64,000 nucleotides of DNA from an uncultured Dorea sp. (GCA_910579335.1 CAJTUQ010000003.1:608-64607), one strand, 5' to 3'. Counted from the stretch's first letter, positions 49,834 through 59,900 are shown. The notes: generated by a model from the sequence alone, not told the origin. Translations and numbers: made by a program.

Positions 49834-51239
49834 CTCTTCTCCAGCACCTCATATTCCTTTAACTGATCCGCCGCCAGCTTAATGTCGCTCTGTTTCAACG
49901 TCCTTGCATCCAAAATAATCGTATCGTTAGCCGTCCTCGGAATAATCGGAACCGGCAGGCGGCGCATGCGTTCCTCTAACTCTGTCACGCTTATCTTTTC
50001 CGGCCGCAGCACTACCGCCATACTCGGAATCCGCTCCAGCGGCAGGGAACCGCCGCCTATCTGGGACTCGCAGGGCTTTACTTCTATCTTTGCCGGAAGC
50101 TTATAAGCCCTCATCCTTCTGGCAAGCAGCCGGGCGCGCCTTTTTACCTCCTCCAGAGGCTCCGTAATCATCCGAAGCACCGGGATATTCTTCACCGCTT
50201 TTTCCTCGGACAAATATTCCTGCAGCACCAGTTCCAGCATTGCCGCCGTAAATTTATCAATTCTTAAGGCGCGGGTGAGCTGGTTTCTCTTCATCCTGTC
50301 AATATATTTTTTTCTGCCTATGATAATGCCCGCCTGCGGGCCTCCCAAAAGCTTATCGCCGCTGAAGCACACCACGTCCGCGCCCTTTGCAATGGATTCC
50401 TGTACCGTCGGTTCATGGGTCAGCCCATATTTGGCAAGGTCGATAAGCACACCGCTTCCCAAATCCTCCACTACCGGAAGATCATGTTCTTTCGCAAGAG
50501 GAATCAGTTCATCAATTGCCACAGAATCCGTAAATCCGACAATCCGGTAATTACTTGTATGGACTTTAAGAAGCGCCTTCGTATCTTCTGTAATCGCAGA
50601 CTCATAATCATCATAGTGGGTCTTGTTAGTCGTACCCACTTCCACAAGCTTCGCCCCGCTCTGCTCCATCACATCCGGAATCCGAAACTTCCCGCCGATT
50701 TCTATAAGCTCGCCGCGGGAGACGACTACCTCCCCGCCCTTCGCCAGAGAACTCAGGATAAGCAGAACGGAAGACGCATTGTTATTCACCGCCATAGCCG
50801 CCTCTGCTCCCGTAAGTTTGCAGAGCAGTTTTTCAAAATGGGAGTAGCGCTCTCCTCTTTTCCCCTCTTCAAGATTGTATTCTAAGTTGGAGTAGCCTGA
50901 CACAAGCGCCGTCACCCGTTCCATATGCTCTCTGCTGACAGGCGCCCTCCCAAGATTTGTATGAAGCACTGTTCCCGTACCGTTCACTACCATCCGCATA
51001 TTGGGCGTATGCATGTCAGAAACTGCACAGGCAATATGCGGCACCAGTAAATCAATCTGCTGTTTTACGCTTTCCTCATCAGAGGTATTTGCTATGAACT
51101 TACGCAGTTTGTCCATTTCCATATGGATCGCTTCCATGACCGTTTCCCTGCTATAGCAATCAATCATCTTCTGAATTGCCGGATTCTCCAGAAGAACATC
51201 CACCTTCGGAATACTTCTGTATAATAGATTCTTGTTCAT
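49830..51239 (-). CDS. selA: L-seryl-tRNA(Sec) selenium transferase
   Basis: VVNGTGTVLHTNLGRA, EDLGSG, FSGDKLLGGPQAG; start 51239 chosen by RBS. Confidence 0.97.
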   Translation of the reverse strand: MNKNLLYRSIPKVDVLLENPAIQKMIDCYSRETVMEAIHMEMDKLRKFIANTSDEESVKQQIDLLVPHIACAVSDMHTPNMRMVVNGTGTVLHTNLGRAPVSREHMERVTALVSGYSNLEYNLEEGKRGERYSHFEKLLCKLTGAEAAMAVNNNASSVLLILSSLAKGGEVVVSRGELIEIGGKFRIPDVMEQSGAKLVEVGTTNKTHYDDYESAITEDTKALLKVHTSNYRIVGFTDSVAIDELIPLAKEHDLPVVEDLGSGVLIDLAKYGLTHEPTVQESIAKGADVVCFSGDKLLGGPQAGIIIGRKKYIDRMKRNQLTRALRIDKFTAAMLELVLQEYLSEEKAVKNIPVLRMITEPLEEVKRRARLLARRMRAYKLPAKIEVKPCESQIGGGSLPLERIPSMAVVLRPEKISVTELEERMRRLPVPIIPRTANDTIILDARTLKQSDIKLAADQLKEYEVLEKR

Positions 51240-51314
51240 ATTCTTCCCCTTTTCGCACATTCTTTTTAAATATGCTTTCTCTTACGTACTAACTTTTCCC
51301 CAAGACCATCCGCC

Positions 51315-52355
51315 TTAAGACAGACGGATGAGCTTATCGCTTTTTTCCGATACCCTGCCGATAATTGATACCGTCGTATCCATGTGCGCAGCCTTAAAAT
51401 CCGCCATCATCTCTCCCAAATGCTCAGGAGATACGCTGATAAGCAGCCCGCCGGACGTCTGCGGATCATAGAGCAGATCTAAGAAATACTCTTCCACCGC
51501 TTCGCTATCCACATGCTTCATGGAATATCCCCGGTTTTTGTAAGCGCCCGCCGGGACAAGCCCCATCTTCGCATAATCGGCAGCATCCTCCAGATACGCA
51601 ATATCCTTTACTTTAAGTTCAAATGTAACTTCACTGGCCGAAGCCATCTCCACGCAATGTCCTAAAAGCCCGAAACCGGTAATATCCGTGCACGCAGACA
51701 CATCATATTTTTCTACCACTTGTTTCCCCAGCTTGTTTAGGGACGCCATAACCGTCTGCGCTTCCCGGATTGCCGAAGGGGACGCCATCTCTGCTTTTAT
51801 GGCAGTATTGACAATTCCGCTTCCAATCTGTTTCGTCAGCACAAGGACGTCTCCCGGCCTGCAGCCATAATTTTTAAATATCTTATCAGGGTGTACAAAG
51901 CCGGACACGCATAATCCATACTTTGGCTCATCGTCCTGTACAGAATGCCCGCCTACCAGTACCGCACCTGCTTCTTTCACCTTTGCCGCTCCACCCGCAA
52001 GGATGTCGCCCAGAATAGCCGGATCCAGACAATTCGGAAATCCGACTATGTTAAGCGCCACTGCCGGTTCTCCTCCCATTGCCCATACATCGCTCAGGGA
52101 GTTGGCAGCCGCTATCTGTCCGAACATATAAGGATCGTCGACAATCGGTGTAAAGAAATCGACCGTCTGAATCATGGCGATTTCATCTGTAACTTTGTAT
52201 ATGGCCGCATCATCGGATGTCTCAATTCCAACGAGCAGATTATCATCCTGGAACTTTGGCAGCTTACCCAGAACCTGGGCAAGGGTCTCCGGACCAATCT
52301 TAGCCGCTCAGCCTGCGGTCTTGCTTAAACTTGTTAATCTGACATCTGATTTCAT
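51315..52355 (-). CDS. selD: Selenophosphate synthetase, selenoprotein form (Sec16)
   Basis: The frame extends upstream of the track ORF through TGA at 52310-52308: MKSDVRLTSLSKTAG-U-AAKIGP; 346 aa; GGAGG RBS; DITGFGLLGH, DPQTSGGLL. Confidence 0.96.
52281..52301 (-). promoter_or_regulatory. SECIS-like hairpin of selD
   Basis: GGUC-CGGA-GACC 12 nt after the UGA, extendable by AAG/CUU. Confidence 0.7.
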
Positions 52356-52413
52356 TCGTCAACAATCCTCCTGTTATTTTTTTGATACTGTGGTTACAAA
52401 GTATTCTGCCCCC

Positions 52414-52442
52414 ATCATATCATTTCTATTTAGAAAATGCAA
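52414..52442 (-). promoter_or_regulatory. Promoter of the selD operon
   Basis: TTGCAT-17-TATGAT with extended -10 TG. Confidence 0.65.
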
Positions 52443-52566
52443 AAATGCATAGTTCTAACGGTACTTTATTTATTGAAAATAAGAGCCATGCCTCTGCTTT
52501 TGAAGTATGGCTCTTTCTGTAAAAATATTTTATTTCCACTCCACGTTTCATCTAATCCGGTACTGG

Positions 52567-53169
52567 TTATGGCTTAACGATTCTTCCGGCTTTTGCCATC
52601 GTCTCAACAATACTGTACATATTCGTCACAGTACCTACCTGCAGCTTTTCTTTCAGTCCGTAATAATCAAGGCATGTCCCGCAAGTCATAATCTCCACGC
52701 CCTGCGCCTCCAGAGATTTCAAATCCTCAAGAGAATCCGAACCTTCCGCTGTCAATGTCGCGCCTCCGTTGTAAAAAAGCATCGTCTTCGGCAGCGTATC
52801 AAGCTGCGTCACCGCAAAAATAAATCCTTTAATAAGCACCTTGCCAAGCTCGTCATTTCCTTCTCCCATTCGGTCTGAGGATACGACTACCACCGTGTTA
52901 TCCCTTGCATCCGGCACACAGCTCACCTCTTCTTCCTCTGATGACAGAGCACCCTCCATCTGAATCACAATCTTAAACTCATCGTCCGCTACCTTCTCGG
53001 AGGATACTTGTCCGCCGGATGCTGACGCCATCTTTGTCACGTTCTGTACGGCTATCTCATTATCCACCAGCACCTCGATGGTCTCCGGCCCGGTAAGCGC
53101 CTGCATTGCCTTTTTGGTCTTGATAACCGGGATTGGGCAATGATCTCCCATTGCGTTGACTGTAATCAT
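52567..53169 (-). CDS. yedF: Sulfurtransferase-like selenium metabolism protein YedF (TusA/SirA plus DsrE-like domains)
   Basis: N-terminal CPIP motif; C-terminal LFYNGG and CGTCLDYY. Confidence 0.88.
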   Translation of the reverse strand: MITVNAMGDHCPIPVIKTKKAMQALTGPETIEVLVDNEIAVQNVTKMASASGGQVSSEKVADDEFKIVIQMEGALSSEEEEVSCVPDARDNTVVVVSSDRMGEGNDELGKVLIKGFIFAVTQLDTLPKTMLFYNGGATLTAEGSDSLEDLKSLEAQGVEIMTCGTCLDYYGLKEKLQVGTVTNMYSIVETMAKAGRIVKP

Positions 53170-53243
53170 ATTGTTACCACCTTTCCGCCATTTCCTTGTA
53201 TTCGTGATACTTACAGATTACCCCGCATCCCTCGTTCTCACAC

Positions 53244-53258
53244 ATAGAGATATTCTAT
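53244..53258. promoter_or_regulatory. ATAGA-N5-TCTAT box upstream of yedF
   Basis: ATAGA-GATAT-TCTAT. Confidence 0.6.
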
Positions 53259-53302
53259 CACTGAATATTCAAAAGGTAAATGGATATTTAAAAAATTTAT
53301 CG

Positions 53303-53962
53303 TTACAGCTCATCTATATTTTCATCTATAGGCGAACTGTAAGAATGCAGTATATGATAGGAGCCGTTTTTATAATATGCCGGCCTCATATTCCCTTTCC
53401 TAAACGCCGCAAGGAATTGCTCAAACGTGCGGATTTCTTCCGGAAAATACGTGGCGCACACCCCGACTTTTCCCGGTATATGGCAATCACTGGCCCCAAG
53501 CGTATATAGTTTTAAGTTTTCAGCATACTCGGCCGCCTTCCGGCACGCAGCCTTCGAGGTACTTCCGTTTAAAACCTCCAGACCGTCCAGTCCTTTAACA
53601 TCCAAAAGGTGCTCCTCCAGCCCCCGCCGGTTATTCCTAAAAGGATGCGCCGCAAAGCAGACTCCGCCCTGCGCTTTTACCAGATTGATAAAATCCTGCG
53701 CCGGAATCCGCTCCTTCGGATAATCATCTATTCCAAAAGCAACGATATCTCCCTGCAGCGAATAAAATTCAATTCCTACAAATACAGGGAATCCCGTCTG
53801 CCGCGTATACTCCTTCGCAGTCTCCTTAAACCCCATGCTGTCGTGATCGGTAATACACAGGGCCCCAAGCCCTTTTTCCTTCGCAATCCTTACTATTTCA
53901 TCCAGTTTTAGAAAACTGTCCTTCGAGTATGTCATCTCATGCATATGTACATCTATAAACAT
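53303..53962 (-). CDS. PHP-domain metal-dependent phosphoesterase
   Basis: DVHMHE, ITDHD, AHP, ASDCH metal motifs. Confidence 0.88.
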   Translation of the reverse strand: MFIDVHMHEMTYSKDSFLKLDEIVRIAKEKGLGALCITDHDSMGFKETAKEYTRQTGFPVFVGIEFYSLQGDIVAFGIDDYPKERIPAQDFINLVKAQGGVCFAAHPFRNNRRGLEEHLLDVKGLDGLEVLNGSTSKAACRKAAEYAENLKLYTLGASDCHIPGKVGVCATYFPEEIRTFEQFLAAFRKGNMRPAYYKNGSYHILHSYSSPIDENIDEL

Positions 53963-54001
53963 TTATAAATCCCCGCTTCGGCAATCGCTATGATACTATT
54001 T

Positions 54002-54083
54002 ATTATAAAAGCAGAAAGCACTTCATTCAAATCGAGAATTATAATATATAAGGGTATTTATAGATATAATCTATAAATACCCT
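54002..54083 (-). promoter_or_regulatory. PHP promoter with an upstream ATAGA-N5-TCTAT box inside a 14-bp inverted repeat
   Basis: TTGAAT-17-TATAAT (54030-54002); AGGGTATTTATAGA-TATAA-TCTATAAATACCCT (54051-54083), which may also terminate the GH31 operon. Confidence 0.65.
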
Positions 54084-54093
54084 TTCCATCGGA

Positions 54094-56481
54094 TTATGCC
54101 AGCAGTATTTCACACAGCGCTCCCAGCACCGCCTGCGGAAGCTCCATCCCAAGCAAGGTTCCTAAAAGCTTATCCGCATTCATTCCTTCCTTTACATATC
54201 CGTAGATTCTTTCCTTCACAACATACTCTATCTCTGCACGGCCAAGACAGTCGTAAATCCTTTGTTCCGTATCATTATCAGCGATTTTAAGCTCCTTGCC
54301 GAAACGGACGGATAGCTCCGAAGACACCGGAATGTCAAGTACTTTTATAATAAGGACGTGTCTGCCTTCATCATACTCCGCCTTTCCTTCCACTTTCCTT
54401 GCATCCGCAAACACCTGCGGGCGCTGCGCCTTATCCATTCCGTAAAATTCCAGCCTCCAGCTTCGCTTTTCGGGAATAACAGCCGTATTTCCTTCTGCCT
54501 TGCATATCCGAAACACCGTCTCTGCCTGAGTGGTCAGTTCAAGCCGCGTATACGCCCAGTTTTCAGGCGCGTCTGTAGAGGTATCCCCTTCGTCCTCGCA
54601 CAGACAGAAGCTTCCCTGCGCGCCGGGGAATATTTTCACTGCCAGCGCCTTTGGATTATCCACACGGTTCGTATAGTTCTCCAAATCCGCCATAGGCACG
54701 ATTCCGCCAGCTTTTGCAAGCACCGGTATATCCTCCAGCGCCCGGTAAAGAGTCAGCATTCTCCCTCCCCGGTAAAGCATGCCGCTAAAAAAGTCAAACC
54801 ATAGCCCTTCCGGAATCCATGCCTGAAACGGCGCCGCCCCGGCCCGTTTCTCCATCGGTTTTGTAACCGGGCAGGCAATCAGCTCTGTACCAAAGTAATA
54901 TTCATTAGGCACATGATAGGCCTCTTCCCGCTCCGGTTCCAGATAATACATCGGCCGTATCAGCGGACGCCCCTTTTTATTCGCATAATAGTTCATGGTA
55001 TAAAGATAAGGGAGCAGTTCATGGCGGAGTTTTAAATACCGCTTCATCACCGCCTCTGCAATGCTGTTATAACGCCACGGCTCTTTTCCGGTAAATGCGC
55101 TGTTGGAACTGTGAAGCCGCATAATCGGGGAAAATACTCCAAGCTGCACCCACCTTGCCGACAGCTCGTCGTCCTTGCATCCCATCATATGTCCGCCGAT
55201 GTCATGGCTCCACCATCCATACCCTACATTGCTGGCATTGGCCGTAAAGTATGGCTGAAAGTCAAGAGATTCCCAGCTGATAATCGTATCTCCGGAAAAT
55301 CCGACCGGATATCTGTGGCTCCCGATTCCCGCATACCTGGAAAAAGTCAGCGGCCGCTTCCCTCTCCTCGCACTGTCTAAATAGTGATAGTGATTGAGCA
55401 TCCACAGCGGATCAAGCCCTGGTATTTTACAGAGCCCGCCCTGCTGCCAGTCAAGCCACCAGAAGTCTACACCCGCCTCTTCCTGCGGATGGTGAAGGAA
55501 TTTAAAATAGGCGTCCAGAAATTCGGGGTCTGTGATATCAAAATTCACCGGTTCCTCTTTTTCCCAGTCCTTCCCCAGAGCCTTTGCCATCTCCCGGTAC
55601 TGCTCCTCATGGGCCTGCACGCCTCCTGCCGGATGCACGTTCAGCGTAACCTTAAGCCCGTGCTCATGGAGCCATCCCAAAAACTCTTCCGGCTTTGGAA
55701 ATAGTTCCCGGTTCCATGTATATCCTGTCCACCCGCTTCCATACTTTGGCTCAATATCTACCGGGTGCCAATCCATGTCAATAACGGCTACCGACAACGG
55801 AACCTCCTCCGCCTCGAACCTTTCCATCAGATTTTTATACTCTTCCTCTGTATATTTATAAAATCTGCTCCACCAGTTTCCGAGGGCATATCTGGGAATT
55901 AAAGGAGTATTCCCCGTCAAACGGTAAAAATCTCTTAAACACTCCTCGTAGCTGTGCCCGTAGCCGAAAAAATACAGGTCTGTCACGTCCGCTTTCCTCG
56001 GTTCCACCCAGCCGTCGGCTGTAAGCAGCAGAGAACGGCTGTCATCGAAAACCGCATACCCGAACCTAGACATCAGGCCATGCCCTAAGGGAACCGCCCC
56101 GTCTGCCTCGTCCAGAGTCCTCGCAGTTCCCCCAAGGTCTTTTATCTCTTCTCCGAAATGCCAGATACTGTGATAGGCACTGATATTTCCCCGTACTTGT
56201 ATCGACAGCCCATAATCGGTAAATTCCCGCTTATTGTAGATAAGCTGGAGACGCCCTGTCAGAATTTCCAGAGACTCCTCACTTTCAAGCACCCGAAACT
56301 CCGGCACAGGGAAATCACGGTTGAGCACGCACTGCGATGCCCGATCCTCGAATTTCCCGTCCTCACTGTATTCCAATCGCACCAAAGCGTCGGTCAGCAT
56401 CGTAATTCTGTATTTTTCACCCTGAACGACTGCCGCCTCTTTGCTCTTTCCTTTTGTATTTACATGAAATATCTCTTTCAT
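54094..56481 (-). CDS. Glycoside hydrolase family 31 (alpha-glycosidase)
   Basis: ALGNWWSR, IDMDWH, WWLDWQQG nucleophile, WWSHDIGG, RLHS; start at 56481 or 56520. Confidence 0.9.
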   Translation of the reverse strand: MKEIFHVNTKGKSKEAAVVQGEKYRITMLTDALVRLEYSEDGKFEDRASQCVLNRDFPVPEFRVLESEESLEILTGRLQLIYNKREFTDYGLSIQVRGNISAYHSIWHFGEEIKDLGGTARTLDEADGAVPLGHGLMSRFGYAVFDDSRSLLLTADGWVEPRKADVTDLYFFGYGHSYEECLRDFYRLTGNTPLIPRYALGNWWSRFYKYTEEEYKNLMERFEAEEVPLSVAVIDMDWHPVDIEPKYGSGWTGYTWNRELFPKPEEFLGWLHEHGLKVTLNVHPAGGVQAHEEQYREMAKALGKDWEKEEPVNFDITDPEFLDAYFKFLHHPQEEAGVDFWWLDWQQGGLCKIPGLDPLWMLNHYHYLDSARRGKRPLTFSRYAGIGSHRYPVGFSGDTIISWESLDFQPYFTANASNVGYGWWSHDIGGHMMGCKDDELSARWVQLGVFSPIMRLHSSNSAFTGKEPWRYNSIAEAVMKRYLKLRHELLPYLYTMNYYANKKGRPLIRPMYYLEPEREEAYHVPNEYYFGTELIACPVTKPMEKRAGAAPFQAWIPEGLWFDFFSGMLYRGGRMLTLYRALEDIPVLAKAGGIVPMADLENYTNRVDNPKALAVKIFPGAQGSFCLCEDEGDTSTDAPENWAYTRLELTTQAETVFRICKAEGNTAVIPEKRSWRLEFYGMDKAQRPQVFADARKVEGKAEYDEGRHVLIIKVLDIPVSSELSVRFGKELKIADNDTEQRIYDCLGRAEIEYVVKERIYGYVKEGMNADKLLGTLLGMELPQAVLGALCEILLA

Positions 56482-56534
56482 ACTCCACCGTTCCCTTTCT
56501 GTTATCCGGCATACCGGCAATTTACATAATATTT

Positions 56535-57356
56535 TTAGCCCTTTACGGAGCCTGCCGCAACTCCGGCCACAAACCTTTTCTGGAATATCGTATAGACGAT
56601 GATGACCGGTACGATTGATATCACGGTTGCGGCAAATAATCCGCCGTAATCCGTAGAATACCTTCCGTTAAACATCGTAAGTCCCACGGCCAGAAGCTGC
56701 TTTTTTTCACTGTCAATCATCAGGTACGGCCACAAGTAATCCTCCCACACCCACAAAAACTGGAAAATTGCAATTGCAGATATGGAATTTTTGCTCATCG
56801 GAAGCACGATTTGATGGAAAATGCGAAACTCATTCGCCCCGTCAATCCTGGCCGCCTCTAAAAGCTCATCCGGCATCGACGAGATATCCTGCTTCATCAT
56901 AAAGATACCAAAGCCGCTTACCATAACCGGAAGCACCAGCGACAGGTAACTGTCTAAAAGCCCCGATTTCATAAACATCGTATAACGGGATATAATCGTC
57001 ACAGACCACGGAATCATCATCGTCATCATAACAAAACCGAATATCAGGTCCTTTCCCTTAAACTCGTATTTGCTTAGTACAAAACCGCACAGACAGCTTA
57101 TGTACACAACCAATACTGTCACGATTACCGCAATCATAACACTATTTCCAAAATATTGTAAGAAATTAAAATTAGACTGAAGCGACGTGTAATTCTCCAG
57201 AGTAAAATTTTGCGGAAGCAATGTCTGCTGCAATGCACTGATTTCTTCATTCGTCTTAAAAGAAGACAGTATCATCCAGACAAACGGGAGTACTGTTATC
57301 ACTCCGACAACAGCCAGCACGATATACAAAGCCGCTCTTAAAGTTTGTTTTTTCAT
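56535..57356 (-). CDS. Carbohydrate ABC transporter permease (MalG-type)
   Basis: EAA loop ELLEAARIDGA; WEDYLWP. Confidence 0.93.
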   Translation of the reverse strand: MKKQTLRAALYIVLAVVGVITVLPFVWMILSSFKTNEEISALQQTLLPQNFTLENYTSLQSNFNFLQYFGNSVMIAVIVTVLVVYISCLCGFVLSKYEFKGKDLIFGFVMMTMMIPWSVTIISRYTMFMKSGLLDSYLSLVLPVMVSGFGIFMMKQDISSMPDELLEAARIDGANEFRIFHQIVLPMSKNSISAIAIFQFLWVWEDYLWPYLMIDSEKKQLLAVGLTMFNGRYSTDYGGLFAATVISIVPVIIVYTIFQKRFVAGVAAGSVKG

Positions 57357-57373
57357 ATCGACACCCTCTTTCT

Positions 57374-58252
57374 TTAGGATTTCTCGCCTGTCAGCTTGAA
57401 CGAGAACACGGTTAATACAGCAGTAAATATCAAGATGAAAAATGCAATCGCAGATGCATATCCAAAGTTATACTTTACAAACGCCTGGTCATAAACCAGA
57501 TAGGAGCTAAGGAATGTAGAGGTTCCCGGCCCTCCCTTTGTCATAACCATGACCGGCACATATGCCTGCAGATAAGAAATCAGCGACGTAATCACCACAA
57601 ACACCATCGTCGGCTTCAGCAGAGGCAGCGTAATATACTGGAAAGTCTGCCATGCATTGGCGCCGTCGATATTGGACGCTTCATAATAATCCGAAGGAAT
57701 CGACATAAGGCCTGACATAAACAAGATTACCGCATAGCCAAAGTCCTTCCAAATCGTCATCACCATAACCGCCGGCAGCGCAAAATCACTGCTGTACAGC
57801 CAGTTAATGTCAAACCCAAACAGATTGTTGACAAGTCCGAACTGCGGGTTATACATAATCTTCCACACATATGCCACCGCTACCAGCGGAGTTACCGTAG
57901 GCATATAGAATATCGTGCGGAAAAATGTCTTATGCCTGATAAGCCTGCTTGTAATTGCATAGGCAAGCGCCAGCCCCAAAAGCACCCTGAAAAATACTAC
58001 CACCGCACAGAAGACGACCGTATTTTTCATAGACAGCCAGAAAGTAGGATACTGGAACATCCGGATATAATTGTCAAGCCCCGTCCATTTATACGTGCCG
58101 TTTAGCGGATTTCAGATATGGAAGCTTCCGGCAAATGCGATGATAACCGGAATAACAAGGAATATCATCATATACGCCGCCAGAAATGTAACGACGATAT
58201 TTCTAAGCAAAACTTCACTTTTACTTTGCAGAGGTCTTCTTTTTCTTCGCAT
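57374..58252 (-). pseudogene. Carbohydrate ABC transporter permease (MalF-type) with in-frame TGA at codon 47
   Basis: ATG 58252 with GGAGG; GSFHI-TGA-NPLNGTYKWTGLDNY continues in frame into the track ORF; EAA loop YYEASNIDGA. Confidence 0.82.
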
Positions 58253-58264
58253 CTCGTTTTCCTC

Positions 58265-59644
58265 CTATTTATGCTCACTGTATCTGTAATACAGGTTTTC
58301 CGATGACACAAATTCCTGATTGGATAAATCAACCTTTACAATGTCCTCCGCCGTCTTTAACGCCTTCTCAACCGGCGTATCATTGTACATCATATCCTGA
58401 CAGGCGATTTTCAAATTATCCGCAAGAGTCGCAGGCATAGGTCCTGGCCAGATATAATTGTCAATATGCTCCGAGACGGCGCAAATCGCAGGATTTTCTT
58501 GCAGCTGCCCGTCTCCCCTGAGCGCATTATTCGCCGGGAACAAGCTGTAATTCATACAAAGCTCTTTCTGTTTTTCCGTATTTGCCAGATAAAAACGGAT
58601 AAAGTCCTGGGCCGCCTCTATCTGTTCCGGCGCTGCGTTCTTATTGATTCCCGGCGTCGCCTCGCCGTTATAGCGGTCGTAGGCAAACGGATTTTCAACC
58701 GCCGCGGGCACCTCAAACGTCCCGTATTCTATCTCCGGATAATTTGTATTCATATATCCGTAAAAATGGCCCCATTTATAAACGATGGCCGACTGTCCCT
58801 GTCCGAAGCTCTGCGCCGCATCCGTACCGAAATCTTTATCTCCCACATGGTCTTTCTCATACATGTCAAGGAACATCCGCGCAGTCTCTATCTGCCCTTC
58901 CTGTGTCAGCGACGGGACTTTTCCCGTCTCGTCAAAAATCGTATTGCCGTACTGATAGGGAACGCCCTGCATCAGGTTTTCAAAGTCGCCGTTGTAGTTG
59001 AATCCCGCCTGCACAAGCTTGCCATCCTCTTCTATAGTAAGCTTTTTCGCAACCTCTCTAAATTCATCCCACGATGTCGGAATGTCTTCTTCCGTAAGTC
59101 CCGCATCTTTCCACATCTTCTTGTTATAATACATGGCGCCGGTCATAATTCCAAAATCCACATAGTAGATCTTCCCGTCGATTTCATGGGACTTTGCAGT
59201 AAAAAAGTCGGTTTCCAAATCCTCGACATCGATATCATACGGAGCCATATAAGTGAGCAGCAAATGCTGATAGCTGTTATGCACGTTAAAAAGCGCAGGG
59301 CCGTCTGTTCCTTTCTGCAGCGCCAGAGGAAGCTTCGTCCAAAAGCCGTCCCAGGGATTGTTTATAACATGAATCGTTACATTCGGATGAATCTTTTCAT
59401 ATTCCTCTGCGATGCTTCCGAATAAATCCGGAGCATCCCAAAGCCACCACTCTAATTCTACCGGCTTCCCGTCATTGATGAGGCGGTTCGGATCATAGGT
59501 GACGTTCTCCCCCATCACTTCGAGCCCCTTATCCGGATTCGTATCCGTCTCACCCTTGTAGGCAGTTGTTTCTGATTTTCCGCAAGCACATGTGAGCGCT
59601 ATCACAGAAATAATCACAAGCATTGCCATAGTTTTCCTAAACAT
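58265..59644 (-). CDS. Carbohydrate ABC transporter substrate-binding lipoprotein
   Basis: ATG 59644 after AGGAGG; signal peptide with lipobox-like LTCAC; MYYNKKM motif. Confidence 0.9.
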   Translation of the reverse strand: MFRKTMAMLVIISVIALTCACGKSETTAYKGETDTNPDKGLEVMGENVTYDPNRLINDGKPVELEWWLWDAPDLFGSIAEEYEKIHPNVTIHVINNPWDGFWTKLPLALQKGTDGPALFNVHNSYQHLLLTYMAPYDIDVEDLETDFFTAKSHEIDGKIYYVDFGIMTGAMYYNKKMWKDAGLTEEDIPTSWDEFREVAKKLTIEEDGKLVQAGFNYNGDFENLMQGVPYQYGNTIFDETGKVPSLTQEGQIETARMFLDMYEKDHVGDKDFGTDAAQSFGQGQSAIVYKWGHFYGYMNTNYPEIEYGTFEVPAAVENPFAYDRYNGEATPGINKNAAPEQIEAAQDFIRFYLANTEKQKELCMNYSLFPANNALRGDGQLQENPAICAVSEHIDNYIWPGPMPATLADNLKIACQDMMYNDTPVEKALKTAEDIVKVDLSNQEFVSSENLYYRYSEHK

Positions 59645-59690
59645 TTTCTCTCCTCCTTCACTCCATCGAAACAATATGTTCATCATTTTT

Positions 59691-59740
59691 GTTAGCGCTA
59701 ACCTTATTTAAAATTTATCACAGTTACTTTATGAAGTCAA
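59691..59740 (-). promoter_or_regulatory. Sugar-operon promoter with LacI-type operator
   Basis: TTGACT-17-TAAATT (59740-59712); perfect palindrome GTTAGCGCTAAC at 59691-59702. Confidence 0.8.
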
Positions 59741-59887
59741 TGCGAACGCTTTATCCCTTTGCGATTCTCTCTTTTCACCAAATTGCTCTTACCTATTTTG
59801 TGCAAATTTCATAGTTATCCTTTTTTCAGAAAAAAATTTACAAGATTTCCTGTTTCTTTGTTATAATGAAAAGCAGAAAACCTTAAG

Positions 59888-59900
59888 ATTAACGCTAACA
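59888..59900. promoter_or_regulatory. Second, degenerate LacI-type operator (autoregulation)
   Basis: ATTAACGCTAACA just downstream of TG-N-TATAAT (59859-59867). Confidence 0.6.

Noticed and set aside
58112..58114. Third selenoprotein
   Set aside because: The position fits Trp rather than Cys, there is no redox motif, and there is no SECIS-like hairpin.
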